Origin: Pseudomonadota bacterium
GTDB lineage: Bacteria > Pseudomonadota > Alphaproteobacteria > Rhodobacterales > Rhodobacteraceae
Reading direction: 5' to 3'
NCBI GenBank assembly: GCA_040385825.1
Contig: JAZKGQ010000026.1
Span: 3,815-67,814, forward strand
Length of the DNA stretch: 64,000 bases
The notes beneath the pieces are model-generated. The model searched no databases, was not told where the DNA came from, and saw nothing but the letters and a program-made list of their open reading frames with translations. Below, one piece after another: positions 58,265 to 64,000 of the stretch. How positions within the stretch are numbered: position 1 is the first letter of the stretch; each line of letters starts with the position of its first letter. The translations under genes were made by a program, and so were the position numbers.

Positions 58265-58807
58265 TTACCGCACCGCGGCCCGCGCGGCGACGGCCTGCGC
58301 GGCCTCGGCCAGTTCGTGCCAGGCGGTGCGCGCCATCGACCGGAACACCAGCAGGTCAAACGACGTGTCCCCGCTGCGGATGACGACGGCGTTCATGTGG
58401 TTCAGCGGTGCCCTTGCCGCCGTCCCGACGGGAAACGCCGCCAGCCGCAGGTCCAGTGGCAGCAGACGCGCCAGCACCTCGACGCTGGCGGGGCCAGTGA
58501 TGGACAGGCAGGTCCAGCCACCGGACTGGTCGGTGACGGCGGCCCCCTCCAGCACCGGGGCGGCCACGCCCAGCAAGAACGCCTGATCCCGCCCGGTCCA
58601 GATGATGCGGGCGGCCCCTTTGGTCTGCATCTCATTCGGGCCGGGCATCGACAGGCCCAGGGGCTTCAGCCCCTTGTTTGCCGGTTTTGCCCCGCCCGGA
58701 TACAGCGCGACCGAGGTGATCGGCCCCACGTCAACCTCGGCCAGCGTCACGCCACCAAGGGTCAACTGCCGCCCGTCCAGCGCGGATTTTGCTATCAGTT
58801 CAGGCAC
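58265..58807 (-). CDS. soxG: sarcosine oxidase gamma subunit
   Basis: Position after soxA, with a GTGCCTGA start/stop overlap (GTG at 58807). About 180 aa, a typical SoxG size. Confidence 0.8.
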   Translation of the reverse strand: MPELIAKSALDGRQLTLGGVTLAEVDVGPITSVALYPGGAKPANKGLKPLGLSMPGPNEMQTKGAARIIWTGRDQAFLLGVAAPVLEGAAVTDQSGGWTCLSITGPASVEVLARLLPLDLRLAAFPVGTAARAPLNHMNAVVIRSGDTSFDLLVFRSMARTAWHELAEAAQAVAARAAVR

Positions 58808-61721
58808 GAAGCTTCTCTCCCTCTGGGTCGTGGAACACCGGATGGCACACCTCGCACAGCACATCCAAGCCCCGCAGGTGATCGACCAGCCGGACCCGCT
58901 GCCCGTGCCGCGCGCGACCGTCTTTCAGGAATCCTATGCCGATCCAGGCGCTTAGCGTTGGCGACCAGCAGACAGAGGTCACATAGCCGTGGCTGTGGTC
59001 GCGGTCCACCACGTCACCGGGGGTAAACAGATGCGCCCCCGACACAATCGCGGTGTCGGTCAGCGCGCGCAGGCCCACCAGTTGTTCACGATCCGGCCCC
59101 ACAAGTCCGGGGCGCATCGCGCTGGTCTTGCCGATGCAGTCTTTCCTGGGGCTGACCATCTTTTCCATGCCGATGTCAAAGGCCGTCACCCGGCCGTGGA
59201 TCTCGGCATGGGTGATGAAGCCTTTCTCGATGCGCAGCACGTTCAGCGCCTCCATCCCGTACGGCCCGCCGCCCATGGTTTCGGCCCGCGCCAGCAGGTC
59301 GCGGAACAGCGCCTCGCCGTACCGCGTCGGAACTGCGATTTCATAGCCTTCCTCGCCGGAAAAGCTGATGCGGAACAGGCGGGCATCCACGCCGCCGATG
59401 CGCACCGGGCCAACCGACATGAAGGGGAAATCGGCAATGGGGGCATCCAGCAACGAATTCAGCAAAGCCCGCGCCTTTGGCCCGGCCACCGCAAACTGCG
59501 CCCAGCTTTCGGTGACAGAGATGAACCGCAGATCCCACTCCGCACAAAACGCCTGATGCACGAAATCCAGATGCCGCATCACCAGCCCCGCCGCCGCCGT
59601 GGTGGTGGTCATCAGGTAGTGGTTTTCGCCCAGACGCGCGGTGGTGCCGTCATCCAGCACCATGCCATCTTCGCGCAGCATCAGGCCATAGCGGACACGG
59701 CCCACGGCCAGGGTGCTGAAGGTATTGGTGTAAACGAAATCCAGAAACCGCGCGGCGTCGCGGCCCTGAATGTCGATCTTGCCAAGGGTGGACACATCGG
59801 CCACCCCCACGCTGTCGCGCACGATGGCCACCTCGCGGTCGCAGGCCTCGCGCCAGGTCGCCTCGCCGGGTTTGGGGAAATAGCTGGGGCGATACCACAA
59901 GCCGGCCTCGATCATCGGGGCCAGACGGTCGCGGCTGGCCTGATCGGAGGTCAGAAAGCGCTGCGGGGCAAAGCCCATGCCCCGGCCACCCGCGCCCAGG
60001 GCTGCGATGGACACCGGCGTATAGGGCGGGCGGAAGGTGGTGGTCCCGGTTTCCGGGATCGCCCGCCCGGTGGCATCGGCGAGAATCGCCAGCGCGTTGA
60101 CGTTGGAATTCTTGCCCTGATCCGGGGCCATGCCTTGCGTGGTATAACGCTTCATGTGTTCGACGGAACGGAAGTTTTCCTGCGCCGAAAGCTGCACATC
60201 CTTGGTGGTCACATCATTGCCAAAGTCGAGCCAGGCCCGGCCCTTGCCCTGCACCGCCCAGAGGGGGGCAAGGCGGTAGGGGGCATCCTCGGCCACGGGC
60301 ATCGCCATGTCGGGCGCGGTTTTGTCGAAGGCTTTCAACGCCTCGACCGCCGCCTGATGCCCCGCCGCAAGTGCGCCATGGGTGCTGAACGTGCCATTCG
60401 CGGCCCCCGCCACGATCATGCCGGGGATGGCGCCGTCAGACGGCACGAAGGCCGCCAGATCATCGGACCAGCGCGGGCGGCCGTTCATGTGGCAGGTCAG
60501 GTGCAGCGTCGGGTTCCAACCGCCCGACATGGCAAGGCAATCGGTTTCGATCCGGAACTCCGCTGTGCCCTTGCGCAGGGTGATGCCGGTCAGGGCGTGG
60601 CGGCCGCTGGTGTCCACCACTTCGGCCCCCACATGCACCGGGCAATCCTCGACCGTTGACGCATCGGGGCGGCTGTCGATGATGGCGGCCACCGTCACGC
60701 CTGCGGCCATCAGATCGCGCGCGGTCTGGCGGGCGGCGTCGTTGTTGGCGAACAGGGTGATCCGCTTGCCGGGGACGGCGCCGTAGCGGTTCAGGTAGGT
60801 CTGCACCGCGCTTGCCAGCAGAATGCCGGGGCGGTCGTTCATCGGAAAGGCAATCGGTCGTTCCAGCGCGCCCGCGCACAGGATCGCGCGGCCCGCCGTG
60901 ATGCGCCAGAAACATTCGCGCGGCAGGTTGGGGCGGGCGGATTTGTGCAGCCCCACCCGCTCTAGCGCGCCATAGATGCCGTGGTCATAGGCCCCGGTGA
61001 CGGATGTGCGCGGCATCAGGCGGACGTTGGGCAAGGCGGCCAGTTCGGCCAGCACACCCGCCACCCAATCGGTCGCAGGGGCATCGTTGATCAGGCCGGT
61101 GTCCGACAGCAGTCGGCCGCCCATCTCGTGGCTTTCATCGGCGAGGATCACATCCGCCCCGGCGCGTGCGGCGGTCAGGGCCGCCATCAACCCGGCAGGC
61201 CCCGCGCCGATCACCAGCAGATCGCAAAAGGCAAAGGCCTTTTCATAGACCCCTTCGTCATGCTTGCCCGACAGCGCCCCAAGCCCCGCCGCGCGGCGGA
61301 TGATGGGTTCATAGAGCCGTTCCCAGAACGCGCGCGGCCACATGAAGGTCTTGTAGTAGAACCCCGCCGACAGGAAAGGCGAGGCCAGATCATTGACCGC
61401 CATCAGGTCATGCTTCAGCGACGGCCAGCGGTTCTGGCTTTGCGCGGTCAGGCCCTCGAACACCTCTTGCACGGTGGCGCGCACGTTCGGGGTCTGGTTC
61501 GACGCGCCAATGATCTCGACCAGCGCGTTCGGTTCTTCTGACCCGGCGGTCAGCACGCCGCGCGGGCGGTGGTATTTGAAGCTGCGGCCCAGCAGTTTCA
61601 CGTCGTTGGCCATCAGCGCCGAGGCCAGCGTGTCGCCCTTGTAGCCTGCGTAGTCCACGCCATCAAAGCGGAAGCGCAGGGGTCTGGTGCGGTCCACCCG
61701 GCCTTTGCCGTCGATCCTCAT
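58800..61721 (-). CDS. soxA: sarcosine oxidase alpha subunit
   Basis: 973 aa. N-terminal RFRFDGVDYAGYKGDTLASALMANDVKLLGRSFKYHRPRG, FAD/NAD fold, and a C-terminal GcvT-like folate domain. Confidence 0.95.
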   Translation of the reverse strand: MRIDGKGRVDRTRPLRFRFDGVDYAGYKGDTLASALMANDVKLLGRSFKYHRPRGVLTAGSEEPNALVEIIGASNQTPNVRATVQEVFEGLTAQSQNRWPSLKHDLMAVNDLASPFLSAGFYYKTFMWPRAFWERLYEPIIRRAAGLGALSGKHDEGVYEKAFAFCDLLVIGAGPAGLMAALTAARAGADVILADESHEMGGRLLSDTGLINDAPATDWVAGVLAELAALPNVRLMPRTSVTGAYDHGIYGALERVGLHKSARPNLPRECFWRITAGRAILCAGALERPIAFPMNDRPGILLASAVQTYLNRYGAVPGKRITLFANNDAARQTARDLMAAGVTVAAIIDSRPDASTVEDCPVHVGAEVVDTSGRHALTGITLRKGTAEFRIETDCLAMSGGWNPTLHLTCHMNGRPRWSDDLAAFVPSDGAIPGMIVAGAANGTFSTHGALAAGHQAAVEALKAFDKTAPDMAMPVAEDAPYRLAPLWAVQGKGRAWLDFGNDVTTKDVQLSAQENFRSVEHMKRYTTQGMAPDQGKNSNVNALAILADATGRAIPETGTTTFRPPYTPVSIAALGAGGRGMGFAPQRFLTSDQASRDRLAPMIEAGLWYRPSYFPKPGEATWREACDREVAIVRDSVGVADVSTLGKIDIQGRDAARFLDFVYTNTFSTLAVGRVRYGLMLREDGMVLDDGTTARLGENHYLMTTTTAAAGLVMRHLDFVHQAFCAEWDLRFISVTESWAQFAVAGPKARALLNSLLDAPIADFPFMSVGPVRIGGVDARLFRISFSGEEGYEIAVPTRYGEALFRDLLARAETMGGGPYGMEALNVLRIEKGFITHAEIHGRVTAFDIGMEKMVSPRKDCIGKTSAMRPGLVGPDREQLVGLRALTDTAIVSGAHLFTPGDVVDRDHSHGYVTSVCWSPTLSAWIGIGFLKDGRARHGQRVRLVDHLRGLDVLCEVCHPVFHDPEGEKLRA

Positions 61722-61990
61722 GGTTTTGCCCCTTGCCGGTCGGCCACCAGTTGGGACGACAGGATCTCATGCGTGATGGTGTTGCGGGTGACCAGCAGCC
61801 ACTGGGCGCAGCCCTGTTCGTGATACCACAGGTCGCGCGTCACGCCTGCCGGATTGGTGCGCAGATGCAAGTGATCCTCCCACGCATCCGCGCCTGCATC
61901 GGGGGCAGGCCGGTTCAGGTAATCATCGGACCCGTAATAGTAGTACTCCCGCCGGTCGCGGGGGCCGCACAGGGGGCAGGTCAGGCGCAT
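61718..61990 (-). CDS. soxD: sarcosine oxidase delta subunit
   Basis: MRLTCPLCGPRDRREYYYYG zinc-binding N-terminus. 90 aa. ATGA overlap with soxA. Confidence 0.9.
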   Translation of the reverse strand: MRLTCPLCGPRDRREYYYYGSDDYLNRPAPDAGADAWEDHLHLRTNPAGVTRDLWYHEQGCAQWLLVTRNTITHEILSSQLVADRQGAKP

Positions 61991-62030
61991 GTTGCACTCC
62001 TTTGGGCATCGCCCCCGGCGGTTCGGCGGG

Positions 62031-62070
62031 CCCCCCACCCTCTCCCTCCCCCACAGGGGGGGGAGGGAAG
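62031..62070. repeat. 40-nt G/C-run hairpin repeat unit, left copy
   Basis: ccccccaccctctccctcccccacaggggggggagggaag. Internal hairpin TCCCTCCCCC / GGGGGAGGGA. Four C-runs give a G4 motif on the sox-sense strand. Confidence 0.8.
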
Positions 62071-62111
62071 CGCCTCGGTTCGTGCTGGTGCGCGGGTGGC
62101 AAGAAGGGGTG

Positions 62112-62151
62112 CCTCCCCTCCCCCCGGTGGGGAGGGGATGGGGGTGGGGGG
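62112..62151. repeat. 40-nt G/C-run hairpin repeat unit, right copy (inverted)
   Basis: cctcccctccccccggtggggaggggatgggggtgggggg. Its reverse complement aligns with the left copy. Internal 10-bp hairpin. The plus strand has GGGG-A-GGGG-AT-GGGGG-T-GGGGGG. Confidence 0.8.
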
Positions 62152-62186
62152 CGTTGCAATCATCGTCATTCTCACCTTGAAGACCC

Positions 62187-63437
62187 TTAGTGCAAGTTGT
62201 GCTGGCTGCCGGTGCCTTCTTCATCAATCAGATGGCCGGTGCGGAAACGGTCGAGGCGGAACTTTCGGGCGACCTCATGGCTTTCGCCTGTGGCCATCAG
62301 ATGCGCCATGCAGGTGCCGCTTGCGGGCACGGCCTTGAAGCCGCCGTAGTTCCAGCCCGCGTCGATGAACAGCCCCTCGATATGGGTCTTGTCTATGATC
62401 GGGCTGCCGTCGGGGGTCATGTCCATGATGCCGCCCCAGGTGCGCAAAATCTTGGCGCGGCCGATCATCGGCATCAGGGTCATGCCGGCCTCCATCACAT
62501 GCTCCAGCATCGGCAGGTTGCCGCGTGAGGCGTAGGAGGCGTAGAAATCCAGATCGCCGCCGAACACGAGGCCCCCCTTGTCGGACTGGCTGATGTAGAA
62601 ATGCCCCATGCCAAAGCTGATCACGGAATCAATCACCGGCTTCAGCCCTTCGGTGACAAAGGCCTGCATCACATGGCTTTCGATCGGCAGGCGCATGCCC
62701 GCCATCGCCGCGACCTGAGACGACCGCCCCGCCACCACGACCCCCACCTTGCGGGCCTTGATCGCGCCGCGCGTGGTCTGAACGCCGACAACGCGGCCCC
62801 CTTCCACGTCGATCCCCGTCACTTCGCAGTTCTGGATCAGATCGACCCCCAACCGGTCTGCCGCGCGCGCGTAGCCCCAGGCCACGGCATCATGCCGCGC
62901 GGTGCCCGCCCTGCGCTGCATCAACCCGCCATAGATGGGGAAACGGGTCTGGTCATAGTCGAGATAGGGAAACTCCTCGCGCAGATCGTCGCGCGACATG
63001 AATTCGGCATCGTCACCCTGGTTGATGATCGCGTTGCCGCGCCGGGCCATGGCGTCGCGCTGCCCGTCGGAATGGAACAGCACGACCTGACCGCGCTGGC
63101 TGTGCATGACGTTGTAGTTCAGTTCCGACTCAAGATTTTCCCACAGCTTCAGGGAATGGCTGTAGAATTCGCTGTTGCCGGGGATGAAGTAGTTGGCGCG
63201 CACGATGGTCGTGTTGCGCCCGATGTTGCCGGACCCGAGATAGCCCTTTTCCAGCACCGCGATGTTGCGCATGCCGTGGGTCTTGGCCAGATAATAGGCG
63301 GTGGACAGGCCATGCCCGCCGCCGCCGATGATCACCGCGTCATATTCGGCCTTGGGCGCCGGGTCGCGCCAGGCAGGCGTCCACCCCTTGTTGCCGAACA
63401 GCCCTTGCGTGATGACCTTCAGACCGGAATAGCGCAT
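62187..63437 (-). CDS. soxB: sarcosine oxidase beta subunit
   Basis: MRYSGLKVITQGLFGNKGWTPAW and YDAVIIGGGGHGLSTAYYLAK FAD fold. Start trimmed to 63437, with a GGTGGA Shine-Dalgarno. Confidence 0.95.
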   Translation of the reverse strand: MRYSGLKVITQGLFGNKGWTPAWRDPAPKAEYDAVIIGGGGHGLSTAYYLAKTHGMRNIAVLEKGYLGSGNIGRNTTIVRANYFIPGNSEFYSHSLKLWENLESELNYNVMHSQRGQVVLFHSDGQRDAMARRGNAIINQGDDAEFMSRDDLREEFPYLDYDQTRFPIYGGLMQRRAGTARHDAVAWGYARAADRLGVDLIQNCEVTGIDVEGGRVVGVQTTRGAIKARKVGVVVAGRSSQVAAMAGMRLPIESHVMQAFVTEGLKPVIDSVISFGMGHFYISQSDKGGLVFGGDLDFYASYASRGNLPMLEHVMEAGMTLMPMIGRAKILRTWGGIMDMTPDGSPIIDKTHIEGLFIDAGWNYGGFKAVPASGTCMAHLMATGESHEVARKFRLDRFRTGHLIDEEGTGSQHNLH

Positions 63438-63496
63438 CCGTCCACCCTGTTGCTTTTCCCGGCCACTCAACCGGGTTCAGGGCGGATATTCAAGAG

Positions 63497-63557
63497 ATGG
63501 CGCAAAAAACCTGCACCATCCGCGACAGATTGCGTCGCAGCTGCACTTTTGCGCCAT
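63497..63557. promoter_or_regulatory. 11-bp perfect inverted repeat ATGGCGCAAAA-N39-TTTTGCGCCAT upstream of soxB
   Basis: Arms at 63497-63507 and 63547-63557, with an internal GCGAC-N7-GTCGC hairpin. 60-120 nt upstream of the soxB ATG. Confidence 0.5.
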
Positions 63558-63641
63558 TGATGCCGTGCCCCGGTGATCGCGCGGGCGGGCGTTCCCCCCG
63601 CAAACCGCGCAAGGCAGCCAGCGGACGCGCGCCGCAGGATG

Positions 63642-63666
63642 CCGCCCCGGCCTGTGACCGGGGCGG
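63642..63666 (-). terminator. terminator-like hairpin after the dehydrogenase gene (no U-tract)
   Basis: 9-bp stem ccgccccgg / ccggggcgg with a 7-nt loop, 7 nt past the stop codon. Confidence 0.4.
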
Positions 63667-63672
63667 TACGGG

Positions 63673-64000
63673 CTACAGCCCCTTTGACTGATAGGTTGCC
63701 GCAATCCGGCCGATCGACACGAGGTAGGCCGACACCCGCAGATCCTCGGCCCCTTCGCGGCCATGCCACAACTCGCGCATGGCCTGATAGGCGCTGCGCA
63801 TGGTGTCATCCAGCCCCGAGCGGACCAGCTCCAGCTCTCCGGCTCCGCGCAGGTACTTGTCCTTGAACCCCGGCGACATCGTCCAGCTGACGCCCTTTTC
63901 CGACGACAGCCGTTCCAGCTCGTTCACCAGCAGCAGGTGGCGGGCTTCCTCGGCGCGGCGCTGCATCCGGCCAAAGCGGATGTGCGACAGGTTCTTGACC
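63673..64000 (-). CDS. Glu/Leu/Phe/Val dehydrogenase family protein (probable glutamate dehydrogenase), 3' fragment; continues beyond the window
   Basis: The frame is open to the window edge (VKNLSHIRFGRMQRR...). C-terminal DLRVSAYLVSIGRIAATYQSKGL resembles the GDH C-terminal helix. Confidence 0.65.
   Translation of the reverse strand, partial: VKNLSHIRFGRMQRRAEEARHLLLVNELERLSSEKGVSWTMSPGFKDKYLRGAGELELVRSGLDDTMRSAYQAMRELWHGREGAEDLRVSAYLVSIGRIAATYQSKGL

Noticed and set aside
61923-62227. Several 60-170-aa ORFs on both strands across the soxB-soxD spacer (PLPTGGRGG, PPPSPPHRGEG and similar), including the N-terminal 79 aa of the long soxD ORF
   Set aside because: They are read-throughs of the G/C-run inverted repeats. 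soxD has a canonical start (MRLTCPLCGPRD) at 61990 downstream of the repeats.

Overview
GC-rich segment (I did not compute the GC value). Its gene content looks like core chromosome of an alphaproteobacterium of the Rhodobacterales (Rhodobacteraceae/Paracoccaceae type); I cannot name a genus. I support about 62 protein genes, one tRNA-Glu(UUC), and several repeats, palindromes and hairpins.

Gene content, in order:
- a [2Fe-2S] ferredoxin
- an Hpt protein plus a sigma-54-dependent response regulator (LuxU/LuxO-like pair)
- prpE and maeB
- a translationally coupled nucleoside-salvage cluster (cdd-deoA-deoB-add-upp), with tdk nearby
- rhlE and carB
- a REP-associated tyrosine transposase (RayT) gene carrying its own REP hairpins
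- pabB and a pabC-like gene, then aspS
- a DUF1800/DUF1501 pair
- methylmalonyl-CoA epimerase and metG
- a fatty-acid desaturase with a divergent XRE regulator
- an EF-hand protein followed by an ECF sigma / anti-sigma / CpxP-like module
- pleD
- a non-pyrrolysine MttB-family methyltransferase
- DUF4153, a split H-NOX, and an HNOBA-GGDEF cyclase
- recJ
- the heterotetrameric sarcosine oxidase operon soxBDAG plus a DegT-type aminotransferase
- the 3' end of a glutamate-dehydrogenase-family gene

I found no CRISPR array, prophage, integrase, rRNA or recognisable defence island, and no clear-cut novel multi-gene system.

The signals most worth a second look are regulatory or structural:
1. A palindrome upstream of the Hpt/bEBP operon exactly matches the LuxO-box core. 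A related TTTGC-N5-GCAAA palindrome sits upstream of yceI.
2. Three TTTGCAAA (ScfR/PccR-type) boxes lie upstream of prpE.
3. Canonical GTAG-type REP hairpins lie inside the RayT gene and at its 3' end.
4. The H-NOX homolog has Pro where the proximal heme His is expected. It is paired with an sGC-like HNOBA-coiled-coil-GGDEF protein.
5. An inverted pair of G/C-run hairpin repeats with G-quadruplex potential is inserted between soxB and soxD.

Many long ORFs in the six-frame track are antisense artefacts of high GC and were rejected. All homology calls come from reading motifs by eye, not from database searches.
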